From: a virus
Taxonomy: Duplodnaviria; Caudoviricetes
Virus record (IMG/VR): IMGVR_UViG_3300048575_000132
Coordinates: 1-29,520 of that record
Direction: 5' to 3' (one strand)
Length of the DNA stretch: 29,520 bases
Shown here: positions 6,077 through 14,960 of the stretch, one piece after another
Layout: each line of letters begins with the position of its first letter
Position numbering within the stretch: the first letter of the stretch is position 1
The notes under the pieces: generated by a model
Seen by the model: the letters and a program-made list of their open reading frames with translations, nothing else
Told to the model about the DNA's origin: nothing
The model's database searches: none
Translations under genes and position numbers: made by a program

Positions 6077-6637
6077 ATGCAGGGCATGAGCGAGCGCCAG
6101 TACGCCGCGCATGTCGGGCTGTCGCGGGGCGCGATCCAGAAAGCGAAGGCGGCTGAACGCTTGGTGCTCCTCGCCGATGGCAGCATCGATGTCGAGGCCA
6201 GCGATGCGCGCCGGGTGGAAACCACCGATCCGTCGAAAACCCGGAAGCCACCTGAACTGAAGTTGCGGCCGGTGCCCGAGGCCGCCGTCGCAGCCGTCGG
6301 CGACACTCTGCGCGAGCAGGGTCTGGCAGTGCCAGTGGTTGGCGGCGGCACGACCTATCTACAGGCGAAAACTGCCAACGAGGTGCTGAAGGCGCAGGAG
6401 CGGCGCATCCGTCTGCAAAAGCTGAAGGGGGAGTTGATCGAGCGGGCCCGGGCGCTATCGCTCGTGTTCCGCCTGGCGCGAGAGGTGCGGGACGCGTGGG
6501 TGAACTGGCCCGCGCGGTCGTCGGCGCTGATGGCGGCAGAACTGGGGGTCGAACCGGCCGCGATGCAGAAGGCCTTGGAAAAACATGTACGCGCCCACCT
6601 CATTGAGCTTGCCGAGGTCCGGCCTGACTTCCGGTGA
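6077..6637 (+). CDS. terS: Terminase small subunit (Nu1-like)
   Basis: GGAG RBS; N-terminal winged HTH (SERQYAAHVGLSRGAIQKA), then coiled coil with LQKLKGELIER; overlaps the GpA-type large subunit gene. Confidence 0.8.
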   Translation: MQGMSERQYAAHVGLSRGAIQKAKAAERLVLLADGSIDVEASDARRVETTDPSKTRKPPELKLRPVPEAAVAAVGDTLREQGLAVPVVGGGTTYLQAKTANEVLKAQERRIRLQKLKGELIERARALSLVFRLAREVRDAWVNWPARSSALMAAELGVEPAAMQKALEKHVRAHLIELAEVRPDFR

Positions 6638-8591
6638 AACTGGCGACGACCTGACGGATTTCGACGGCGCAGCAGAAATCCTGCGCACCTGGGGCAGCGG
6701 GCTGCGGCCTGACCCCGACCTGACCGTTTCGGAATGGGCAGACCGGCACCGGATGCTCTCGGGCCGCGCCTCGGCCGAGCCGGGGAGGTATCGCACGGGG
6801 CGCACGCCTTACATGCGCGAGATCATGGACCGGCTGTCGCCCGGCGATGTGATGCAGCGGATCGTGTTCATGAAGGCCGCACAGGTCGGGGCGACCGAGG
6901 CAGGCAACAACTGGATCGGCTTTGCCATCCACCAGGCACCGGGGCCGATGCTGGCGGTCCAGCCGACGGTGGAACTGGCCAAGCGCAACTCGCGCCAGCG
7001 GATCGACCCGCTGATCGACGAAAGCCCAGACCTGCGGGAGCGGGTCAAACCGGCGCGGTCGCGCGACGCGGGCAATACCATGCTGTCCAAGGAATTCGCG
7101 GGCGGCATCCTGATCATGACCGGGGCCAACTCGGCGGTCGGGCTGCGGTCCACCCCAGCGCGCTACATCTTTCTCGACGAGGTCGATGCCTATCCGGCTT
7201 CCGCCGACGAGGAAGGCGATCCGGTCACCTTGGCGGAAGCCCGGTCCCTGACCTTCGCCCACCGGCGCAAGGTCTTCCTGGTCTCAACCCCCACCATCCG
7301 GGGGCTGAGCCGGATCGAGCGGGAATACGAGGCCAGCGATCAGCGCCGGTTCTTCGTGCCGTGCCCGCATTGCGGGGCGATGCAGTGGCTGAAGTTCGAC
7401 CGGCTGCGCTGGCAGAAGGGCAAGCCGGAAACGGCGGAATATCACTGCGAGGGCTGCGAGACGCCCATCGCGGAACACCACAAGACGGCGATGCTGGAAG
7501 CGGGCGAATGGCGGGCGACCGCCGTTGCCTCAGATCCGACCACGGTCGGGTATCACCTTTCGGCGCTCTACTCGCCGATCGGCTGGTTGAGTTGGGAGCG
7601 GATCGTGCGATCATGGGAAGCGACCCAAGGGTCGGACGAAGCGATCAAGGCGTTTCGCAACACGATCCTTGGCGAGACATGGGTCGAAACCGGGGAAGCG
7701 CCAGACTGGCAAAGGCTCTACGACCGGCGCGAACGTTGGAAATCCGGCATGGTGCCAGCGGGCGGGTTGTTCCTGACCGCCGGGGCCGATGTGCAGAAGG
7801 ACCGGATCGAGGTCGATGTTTGGGCTTGGGGTCGCGGTCTGGAAAGCTGGCTGGTCGATCACGTTGTGATCGAGGGCGGGCCGGACCGGCACGACGCGTG
7901 GTCGGAACTGACAGCACTGCTGGACCGGTCCTGGCCGCACGAACGCGGCGTGCATCTCAGGATCGCGCGGCTCGCCATCGACACGGGCTACGAGGCCCCG
8001 GCGGTCTATTCCTGGTCGCGGGCGCAAGGCTTCGGGCAGGTGTCGCCGGTCAAGGGTGTCGAAGGGTTCAATCGGTCGAGCCCCGTGTCGGGTCCGACCT
8101 TTGTCGATGCGACCGAAGGCGGCAAACGCCTGCGGCGCGGCGCACGGCTCTGGACCGTGGCGGTGTCGACCTTCAAGGCCGAAACCTACCGCTTCTTGCG
8201 GCTGGAACGTCCGACCGAGGAAGACATGGCCGAGGGGGCGGCATTCCCGCCCGGTTCGGTCCATCTGCCGCATTGGGTCGAGAACGAATGGCTGAAGCAG
8301 TTTGTGGCCGAACAGCTGGTGACGGTGCGCACCAAGCGCGGCTTTGCCCGGCTGGAATGGCAGAAGCTGCGCGAACGCAATGAGGCGTTGGATTGCCGGG
8401 TCTATGCCCGAGCCGCCGCCTGGATCGCGGGCGCGGATCGCTGGACGGATGAGAAATGGCGCGATCTCGAGGATCAACTCGGGGCCGCGCCAACGGAAAT
8501 CGATGGCGCAGGACGGGTGAACCGACCGCAGGCCGCACCGCAAGGGAAACGACAGTCGGACTGGCTTGGCCGACGCGGAGGATGGTTCTGA
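6585..8591 (+). CDS. terL: Terminase large subunit, lambda GpA family (start uncertain: ATG 6585 or TTG 6609)
   Basis: Walker A-like VFMKAAQVGATE, Walker B YIFLDEVD, VSTPT, zinc ribbon CPHC..CEGC, nuclease LTAGADVQKDR, C-terminal RNEALDCRVYARAA. Confidence 0.96.
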   Translation: MYAPTSLSLPRSGLTSGETGDDLTDFDGAAEILRTWGSGLRPDPDLTVSEWADRHRMLSGRASAEPGRYRTGRTPYMREIMDRLSPGDVMQRIVFMKAAQVGATEAGNNWIGFAIHQAPGPMLAVQPTVELAKRNSRQRIDPLIDESPDLRERVKPARSRDAGNTMLSKEFAGGILIMTGANSAVGLRSTPARYIFLDEVDAYPASADEEGDPVTLAEARSLTFAHRRKVFLVSTPTIRGLSRIEREYEASDQRRFFVPCPHCGAMQWLKFDRLRWQKGKPETAEYHCEGCETPIAEHHKTAMLEAGEWRATAVASDPTTVGYHLSALYSPIGWLSWERIVRSWEATQGSDEAIKAFRNTILGETWVETGEAPDWQRLYDRRERWKSGMVPAGGLFLTAGADVQKDRIEVDVWAWGRGLESWLVDHVVIEGGPDRHDAWSELTALLDRSWPHERGVHLRIARLAIDTGYEAPAVYSWSRAQGFGQVSPVKGVEGFNRSSPVSGPTFVDATEGGKRLRRGARLWTVAVSTFKAETYRFLRLERPTEEDMAEGAAFPPGSVHLPHWVENEWLKQFVAEQLVTVRTKRGFARLEWQKLRERNEALDCRVYARAAAWIAGADRWTDEKWRDLEDQLGAAPTEIDGAGRVNRPQAAPQGKRQSDWLGRRGGWF

Positions 8592-8592
8592 C

Positions 8593-8802
8593 ATGGCAGA
8601 CTGGACGGAAACCGAACTGGCCGCGCTGCGCCGGGCCTATGCCAGCGGCACGACCCGGGTCAGCTATGACGGCAAATCCGTCGACTATGGCACGGCCGAG
8701 GATCTGCTGGGCAGAATCCGGACCATCGAACGGGCCATTGCGGGGACCGCAAGGCCGCTGCCTGTGGCTGGGTTGGCGGGCTTCTCCCGCGGGGATCGCT
8801 GA
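8593..8802 (+). CDS. Head-tail joining protein, gpW-like (69 aa)
   Basis: Between TerL and portal; LAALRRAYASGTTRVSYDGKSVDY pattern; TGATG overlap with the portal gene. Confidence 0.85.
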   Translation: MADWTETELAALRRAYASGTTRVSYDGKSVDYGTAEDLLGRIRTIERAIAGTARPLPVAGLAGFSRGDR

Positions 8803-10322
8803 TGTCCGCGAACTGGATGGACCATGCCATCGCCTCGGTCGCACCGCGCATGGCGGCCCGGCGCGTGCTGGCACGGCAGGCCTTCGAGACCCTGACGCGC
8901 GGCTATGACGGTGCGTCCAAGGGGCGGCGGACAGACGGCTGGCGTGCGCCGGGATCCTCGGCCGACACCGAGATCGGCGTCGCCGGTGCGCTGCTGCGCG
9001 ACCGGATGCGCGATCTGGTGCGCAACAATCCACATGCGGCCAAGGCGGTGGCGGTGCTGGTCAATAACATCGTGGGTAGCGGCATCATGCCCCGGGCCGC
9101 GAGCGGCGATGACAAGCTGGACCGCAAGGTCGATGCTCTGTTCGAACGTTGGACGGCCGATTGCGATGCCGATGGCCAGCTGGATTTCTACGGCCTGCAG
9201 ACATTGATCTGCCGCGAAATAGTCGAGGCGGGCGAGGTGCTGGTGCGGCGCAGGTTGCGCCGGTCGTCGGACGGTTTGCCGGTGCCATTGCAATTGCAGG
9301 TGCTGGAGGCAGACTTTCTTGACGCCACCAAGTCCAGCAACGTCGCGGCGGGGCGCATCGTGCAGGGCATCGAGTTCGACCCGGTCGGCAAACGTCGCGC
9401 CTATTGGCTGCATCCCGAACACCCCGGCGATGCGCATGGTGCCTTGCGCGGCGGCCTCGACAGCCGCCCGGTCCCTGCGACCGAGATCGCCCATGTCTAT
9501 GAAAAGCAGCGCACGCAGGCGCGCGGCGTTCCATGGGGTGCGCCGGTGATCCGCTCCTTGCGCGATCTCGACGACTACGAGGTGGCGGAACTGGTCCGCA
9601 AGAAGACCGAGGCCTGTGTCACCGCCATCGTCTTTGGCGACGACGAATCCCAGCAGGGCATCGCACCCACCGTGGTCGATGCCGATGGCAACCGGGTCGA
9701 GCAGTTCGAGCCGGGGCTGATTGCGTACGCACGCGGCGGCAAGGACATCCGCTTCAACCAGCCCTCGGCCACCGGCGGCTATGGCGAATACAAGCGGGCG
9801 AACCTCCACACGATCTCGGCGGGGTTCCGGGTACCCTATGAATTGCTGACCGGCGATCTCAGCCAGGTCAACTATTCCTCGATCCGCGCCGGGCTGGTCG
9901 AGTTCCGCCGCCAGATCGATGCGGTGCAGTGGCAGCTGTTCATCCCGATGTTCTGTGCCCCAGTCTGGCGCTGGTTCACCGAAGCCGCATGGGCAGCGGG
10001 GCAGATCCCGACACCGGACGTGCCGGTCGAATGGTCACCGCCGAAGTTCGAAGCCGTCGATCCGCAGAAAGACGCGATGGCCAACCTGCTGTCGATCCGC
10101 TCGGGCACCATGACTTTGGCGGAGGTGATCGCCCGGCAGGGTCGCAACCCAGACGCCGTGCTGGCGGAAATCGCCGCGACCAACGCCAAGCTGGATGCGT
10201 TGGGGCTGGTCCTCGACAGCGACCCGCGCCGTGTTACGAAAACTGGCAGCGCGCAAACGAGCGATCCGGCCGCCGACCCCGAAGACGACCCGGCGCAACC
10301 CGACGCCGCCCAACAGGACTGA
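8802..10322 (+). CDS. Portal protein, lambda family
   Basis: LRDRMRDLVRNNPHA, LQLQVLEADFLD, QARGVPW, YELLTGDLSQVNYSSIRAGL, VDPQKD motifs. Confidence 0.95.
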   Translation: MSANWMDHAIASVAPRMAARRVLARQAFETLTRGYDGASKGRRTDGWRAPGSSADTEIGVAGALLRDRMRDLVRNNPHAAKAVAVLVNNIVGSGIMPRAASGDDKLDRKVDALFERWTADCDADGQLDFYGLQTLICREIVEAGEVLVRRRLRRSSDGLPVPLQLQVLEADFLDATKSSNVAAGRIVQGIEFDPVGKRRAYWLHPEHPGDAHGALRGGLDSRPVPATEIAHVYEKQRTQARGVPWGAPVIRSLRDLDDYEVAELVRKKTEACVTAIVFGDDESQQGIAPTVVDADGNRVEQFEPGLIAYARGGKDIRFNQPSATGGYGEYKRANLHTISAGFRVPYELLTGDLSQVNYSSIRAGLVEFRRQIDAVQWQLFIPMFCAPVWRWFTEAAWAAGQIPTPDVPVEWSPPKFEAVDPQKDAMANLLSIRSGTMTLAEVIARQGRNPDAVLAEIAATNAKLDALGLVLDSDPRRVTKTGSAQTSDPAADPEDDPAQPDAAQQD

Positions 10323-10326
10323 CCCC

Positions 10327-12360
10327 ATGGACACGATGATCGAACTGCCGGCCATGCGCCGGACGGCGGAGCTTGCGCCAAACACGGCCGATGCGGCCGC
10401 CCGTACCGTCGAGGTGGTCTGGTCGACTGGGGCCCGCGTCCGCCGCGCCAGCTTCTTTGGTGAACCCTATGACGAGGAACTCAGCCTCGACCCCGCCCAT
10501 GTGCGGCTGGAACGGCTGAACGCGGGCGCACCGTTCCTGAAGGTGCACGAGTTGGGCGCGCTGGATGCCGTCATTGGCTCTGTCGTCCCCGGTTCGGCCC
10601 GCCTTGAAAACGGACGGGGCATCGCACTGGTCCGGATCAGCGAACGCGACGATGTCGAACCGATCTGGCGCGACATTCAGGCCGGGCACATCCGAGCGGT
10701 GTCCATCGGCTACCAAGTTCACCGCTTCGAGGTCTCCAAGCCCGATGGCGGCCGCGAGCTTTGGCGCGCGGTCGACTGGACGCCCTTCGAGGTCTCCGCC
10801 GTGCCGGTCGGAGCCGACCCCGCCGCCGGTTTCCGCACCCAGCAATCCCTTCACGACTGCGTCCTTCATCGCCGGGACGCTTCCAACCCACGACAAGGAG
10901 CATCCCCGATGACCGACCCGACCCCATCCCCGGCCGCAGCGGCTGCCGAACCCCATGCGACCGAGGAGACCCAGATGACCGCCCCCACCAATGTCGCTTC
11001 GGAGCCGCAGGCCCGCGCCAACGAAACGCGCGCGCTGCCGCAGGCCGCCCCGGCGACCCCGCCCGACACCGAAGCCATCGCCACCCGGGCGCGCGAGGGT
11101 GAACGCGACCGCGTCTCCACCATCTACGATCTGGCAGGCCGTCTGAACCTCGAGCGCGGCTTTGCCGAGGATCTGGTCAAGCGTGGCGTCAGCGTCGATG
11201 AATCCCGTCGTCTGATCCTCGATCAGGTCGCCGCCAAATCCGACGAAACCCGCACCTTCCCGCATGTCTCGATCCCCCTCGGCGGCCGCGACGAACGCGT
11301 GACCCGCCGCGACGCCGTGGCCAACGCGCTGCTGCACCGCTACAGCCCGACGCTGTTCCAGCTGGACGACTCTGCCCGCCAGTACCGCGGCATGTCGCTC
11401 CTCGAACTGGCCCGCGAAAGCCTGACCAATGCGGGGGTGAACACGCGTGGCCTGTCGCGCGACGAGGTGGCGACGCGCTCGCTGCATTCGACCTCCGACT
11501 TCCCTGAAATCCTGTCGGCCGTCACCAACAAGACCCTGCGACAAGCCTACGAGACCTATCCCCGCACCTTCATGCTGTTCTGCCGCCAGGTGCTGGCCAC
11601 CGACTTCAAGGCGATGAACCGCGTGCAACTCGGCGAAGCGCCCCAGCTGCTCGAAGTCGGCGAAAGCGGCGAGTTCAAGCGCGGCACGCTCGGTGAGAGC
11701 AAGGAAAGCTACAAGGTCAAGACCTATGGCCGGGTGGTCGCGATCACCCGCCAGACCCTGATCAATGACGATCTGGACGCCTTCACCCGGATCCCCGCGA
11801 TGTACGGCAACTCCATCGCCCAGCTGGAATCGGATGTGGTCTGGGGCATCATCACCGCCAACCCGGCGATGGCCGACGGCAACGCGCTGTTCCACACCAC
11901 CCACAAGAACCTAGCCGGGACCGGCACGGCGCTGGCGGTCGATGCGGTGGGGGCGGCCCGGGCGGCGATGGCGCTGCAAACAGGGTTCGACAAGAAGACC
12001 GTGCTGAATATCCGCCCGGCCTTCCTGATCGTACCCGCTGCCCTCGAACTCAAGGCCGAGCAGCTGGTGGCGCAGAACCTCGTACCCGCCGACAGCACCA
12101 AGGTGGTGCCGCAGTCGATCCGGACGCTCTCGCCCATCAGCGAGCCCCGCCTTGATGCCGCAAGCCCGACCGCGTGGTATCTGGCGGCAAGCCCGAACCA
12201 GATCGACACCATCGAATATGCCTATCTGGAGGGGCAGCAAGGTGCCTATATCGAGACCCGCAACGGTTTCGATGTGGACGGGGTGGAGATCAAGTGCCGC
12301 CTCGACTTCGGCGCCAAGGCCATCGACTGGCGCGGCCTCTACAAGAACCCGGGCGCGTAA
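10327..12360 (+). CDS. Fused prohead protease / scaffold / major capsid protein (677 aa)
   Basis: HK97/herpes-type protease motifs (FLKVH, RAVSIGY, EVSAVPVGADP), a Pro/Ala linker, then a capsid domain (HSTSDFPEIL..TYGRVVAITRQTLINDD..RLDFGAKAIDWRGLYKN). Confidence 0.93.
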   Translation: MDTMIELPAMRRTAELAPNTADAAARTVEVVWSTGARVRRASFFGEPYDEELSLDPAHVRLERLNAGAPFLKVHELGALDAVIGSVVPGSARLENGRGIALVRISERDDVEPIWRDIQAGHIRAVSIGYQVHRFEVSKPDGGRELWRAVDWTPFEVSAVPVGADPAAGFRTQQSLHDCVLHRRDASNPRQGASPMTDPTPSPAAAAAEPHATEETQMTAPTNVASEPQARANETRALPQAAPATPPDTEAIATRAREGERDRVSTIYDLAGRLNLERGFAEDLVKRGVSVDESRRLILDQVAAKSDETRTFPHVSIPLGGRDERVTRRDAVANALLHRYSPTLFQLDDSARQYRGMSLLELARESLTNAGVNTRGLSRDEVATRSLHSTSDFPEILSAVTNKTLRQAYETYPRTFMLFCRQVLATDFKAMNRVQLGEAPQLLEVGESGEFKRGTLGESKESYKVKTYGRVVAITRQTLINDDLDAFTRIPAMYGNSIAQLESDVVWGIITANPAMADGNALFHTTHKNLAGTGTALAVDAVGAARAAMALQTGFDKKTVLNIRPAFLIVPAALELKAEQLVAQNLVPADSTKVVPQSIRTLSPISEPRLDAASPTAWYLAASPNQIDTIEYAYLEGQQGAYIETRNGFDVDGVEIKCRLDFGAKAIDWRGLYKNPGA

Positions 12361-12389
12361 CTCGCGCCCCATCTTGAACCCTGACACAC

Positions 12390-12420
12390 GGGCGGTCCTG
12401 ACGGGCCGCCCTTCGTCTTT
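12390..12420 (+). terminator. Hairpin (terminator or stabiliser) after the capsid gene
   Basis: GGGCGGTCC-TGAC-GGGCCGCCC followed by TTCGTCTTT. Confidence 0.55.
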
Positions 12421-12437
12421 CCACAAGGATCACCCCG

Positions 12438-12773
12438 ATGAAAAACTACGTCCAGCCCGGCAAGACCATCACCCTGACCGCGCCCTATGCCGTCACCTCC
12501 GGCGATGGCCTGCTCGTCGGCTCCATCTTCGGCGTCGCTGCAGGCACCGCCGCCCTTGGCGAAGCGGTCGAAACCGCGCTCGTCGGCGTCTACGATCTGA
12601 AGAAGGTTGCCTCGCAGGCATGGGCCGCTGGCGACAAGATCTACTGGGACAACACGGCGAAGAACACGACCAAGACCCTGACCTCGAACACGCTGATCGG
12701 CGTAGCGACCGAGGCAGTGGCAGGCGGTGCCGCTGACCTGATCGGCCGCGTTCGGCTGAACGGCGCGTTCTGA
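12438..12773 (+). CDS. DUF2190 family capsid decoration/cement protein
   Basis: MKNYVQPGKTITL..GVYDLKK..GDKIYWD..RVRLNG; AAGGA RBS; position after the capsid gene. Confidence 0.88.
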   Translation: MKNYVQPGKTITLTAPYAVTSGDGLLVGSIFGVAAGTAALGEAVETALVGVYDLKKVASQAWAAGDKIYWDNTAKNTTKTLTSNTLIGVATEAVAGGAADLIGRVRLNGAF

Positions 12774-13084
12774 TGAGTGCTTTCGCCGCCGCTGTCGGCG
12801 CGCTCTTTGCCGATCCAAACGTGGGGCGCGATGCGGTCTACATTGCCGAAGGCGGCGCGCCCGTTCTTGTGCGCGTCGTTGCACGCCGTGCCGATGCCGT
12901 CTCCGACTTCGGCGATGCGCGGCTGTGGTCGGAGACCACCCGCATCGACCTGCGCGTGGCTGAGGTGCCAATCCCGCGCCCCGGTGACCGGATCGAGATC
13001 GACGGCGACGCATTCCTCATTCAGGGCGAGCCCGTCCGTGATCGCGAGCGGCTGGTCTGGACTGTCGAACTGCATCCGGCGTGA
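12773..13084 (+). CDS. Head-tail joining (head closure) protein
   Basis: Synteny, TGATG coupling, beta-rich PRPGDRIEIDG motif. Confidence 0.75.
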   Translation: MSAFAAAVGALFADPNVGRDAVYIAEGGAPVLVRVVARRADAVSDFGDARLWSETTRIDLRVAEVPIPRPGDRIEIDGDAFLIQGEPVRDRERLVWTVELHPA

Positions 13085-13716
13085 TGGCCATGAAACTGAA
13101 ACTCGCCATAGATCCCGACATCGTCGCCCTGATGGCGGCCGAGGTCGCAGCGGGCGAACGCGCTGTCACTGCCGCGATGCGCGAGGCTGGCACCGGCCTG
13201 AAATCCGCCTGGCGCACCCAAATCACCGGCGCGGGGCTGGGTACACGCCTCGCCAACTCAATCCGCTCCGCCAGTTTCCCGAAGTCCGGTGAAAGCCTGA
13301 ACGCGGCGGCACTGGTCTGGTCGAACGCCCCGGTGATCATTGGCGCGCATGACACCGGCCCGCTGATCCGCTCGAAGAACGGGTTGTGGCTCGCGATCCC
13401 GACGCCAGCGGCTGGCAAATCCACGCGCGGTGGCCGGATTACCCCCGGCGAATGGGAACGCCGCACTGGTCTGCGCCTTCGGTTCATCTATCGCCGCAGG
13501 GGGCCGAGCCTCCTGGTGGCAGAGGGGCGGCTGAACACCAAGGGCCGCGCCGTAGCGTCAAAGTCGAAAACCGGCCGGGGCGTCGTCACCGCGCCGATCT
13601 TCCTTCTGGTGCCGCAGGTGAAGCTGCCGAAGCGGCTGGATCTCGCGCGGGATGCCGAGAGGGCGGCGGACGGTGTGCCGGGGCTGATCGTGGCGAACTG
13701 GGTGGATGCTAGATGA
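13084..13716 (+). CDS. DUF6441-like basic neck/tail completion protein (start 13084 or 13090)
   Basis: Synteny between head closure and tail terminator; basic Arg-rich protein ending in PIFLLVPQVKLPKRLDL. Confidence 0.7.
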   Translation: MAMKLKLAIDPDIVALMAAEVAAGERAVTAAMREAGTGLKSAWRTQITGAGLGTRLANSIRSASFPKSGESLNAAALVWSNAPVIIGAHDTGPLIRSKNGLWLAIPTPAAGKSTRGGRITPGEWERRTGLRLRFIYRRRGPSLLVAEGRLNTKGRAVASKSKTGRGVVTAPIFLLVPQVKLPKRLDLARDAERAADGVPGLIVANWVDAR

Positions 13717-13719
13717 CTC

Positions 13720-14094
13720 TCAGGGTCGCGCTGCGGCTGTTTCCCGTCCGCGCCGACGTCGGCTGGGTTCTTCGGTATCGCCCAACCCTTCCAGTGCGAT
13801 GGGGGCCTTGCCGGGGAACTCGACCATCAGCTTCAGCGAACCGCCCATCGCGCGGACATAGCTGGTGAGCGTCGACAGGAGCAGGTCGCTCTGGCGTTCA
13901 TACTTTGCGACCGTCGCCTGCTGGATGCCGAGGGTTTCGGCCAGTTGCACCTGCGTCAGAGCCTTGGCTTTGCGCAGTTCCTGCAGGGTCAGATATTCGG
14001 TGTGCAGGCGGGCGGCCTCGGCTTCGATCCCGGCGCGACGGGCGGGATCGAGGGTCGCCAGCTTGTCCTGAAGGGTCCGTGCCATGGTCGTCAT
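13720..14094 (-). CDS. higA: XRE-family HTH antitoxin (HigA-like)
   Basis: LQELRKAKALTQVQLAETLGIQQATVAKYERQSDLLLSTLTSYVRAMGG; ATGA overlap with the upstream toxin gene. Confidence 0.85.
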   Translation of the reverse strand: MTTMARTLQDKLATLDPARRAGIEAEAARLHTEYLTLQELRKAKALTQVQLAETLGIQQATVAKYERQSDLLLSTLTSYVRAMGGSLKLMVEFPGKAPIALEGLGDTEEPSRRRRGRETAAARP

Positions 14095-14444
14095 CCTTTC
14101 CGTTGTGCCAGATGGCGGTCGAACCGGTCGTCGGCCCGGGCGATCAGCTGCTTGTAGAAACGCTTCTCGCTGCCACCCGATTTGTCCCCGCCGACAAGCA
14201 GGATCGCCTGTCGGTCGGGATCGAATGCAAAGGCGATGCGCCAGACGCCACCGGCGGCCGTGCAGCGCAATTCCTTCATGTTTGCGTGCTTCGACCCGGT
14301 CAGGGTGTCGGCATGCGGTCGTCCGAGCGATGGCCCCTCACGTTCCAGGAGCAGCATCCGCGCGAGGATCGCGTCCTGAACCTCTGCGTCGAGTGCGTCG
14401 AATTCCGATTCGAACTCGTCGGCGAAGGAAACGGTCCAGGGCAT
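14091..14444 (-). CDS. higB: RelE/ParE-superfamily toxin (HigB/Gp49-like)
   Basis: GPSLGRPHADTLTGSKHANMKELR..WRIAFAFDPDRQAILLVGGDKSG; toxin-first gene order. Confidence 0.88.
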   Translation of the reverse strand: MPWTVSFADEFESEFDALDAEVQDAILARMLLLEREGPSLGRPHADTLTGSKHANMKELRCTAAGGVWRIAFAFDPDRQAILLVGGDKSGGSEKRFYKQLIARADDRFDRHLAQRKG

Positions 14445-14453
14445 TCGGTCCTC

Positions 14454-14495
14454 ATGTCTTGGAAGCTATATAGCCTGCAGGCATTAATTTTGCAA
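14454..14495 (-). promoter_or_regulatory. higBA promoter with palindromic operators
   Basis: Minus strand TTGCAA (14495-14490)-N17-TATATA (14472-14467); palindrome GCCTGCAGGC 14473-14482 and a related imperfect copy at 14454-14471. Confidence 0.65.
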
Positions 14496-14515
14496 GAACG
14501 GTCCCGAGCGTCGCC

Positions 14516-14935
14516 ATGCCCACTCCCCGCGAAACCATCCTCGCCGCGCTGCACGCGCGGCTCTCGGCGCTGCCCGCCACGGCCCTGCGCGGTGACGTGC
14601 TGCCCGAGCGCGTGCCCGGCGCTGGACTACTGATCCTGCGCGATGGGGAACCGGGAGAACCCGAGGTCACGCTGTCGCCACTCCGCTACCACTACCAGCA
14701 CCGGACCGAGATCGAGGCGGTTGTGCAGGGTGCTGCCCGTGACGCCGCCTTCGACACGCTCTGCGCCAGCATAGGCGCGGCACTTGCCGCCGACCGCACA
14801 CTGAGCGGCCTCTGCGACTGGGTCGAAGCGGAAGCACCGCGCCCGGTTGATCTTCCGATTGAGGGTGCCGCCAGCCTGAAGGCGGCGGTGATACCGGTCA
14901 TTCTGCACTATTCCACGGCCGATCCACTGGCCTGA
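14516..14935 (+). CDS. Tail terminator/completion protein (lambda gpU-like position)
   Basis: Immediately before the tail tube gene; MPTPRETILAAL..ADRTLSGLCDWV..VILHY pattern. Confidence 0.7.
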   Translation: MPTPRETILAALHARLSALPATALRGDVLPERVPGAGLLILRDGEPGEPEVTLSPLRYHYQHRTEIEAVVQGAARDAAFDTLCASIGAALAADRTLSGLCDWVEAEAPRPVDLPIEGAASLKAAVIPVILHYSTADPLA

Positions 14936-14960
14936 CCCCCACTCACGACAGGAGAACACG

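Noticed and set aside
6575-6637. Possible TerS-TerL frameshift fusion at GGAAAAAC
   Set aside because: TerL is in the +1 frame relative to TerS, so -1 slippage would not join them; a simple overlap, as for lambda nu1/A, explains it.
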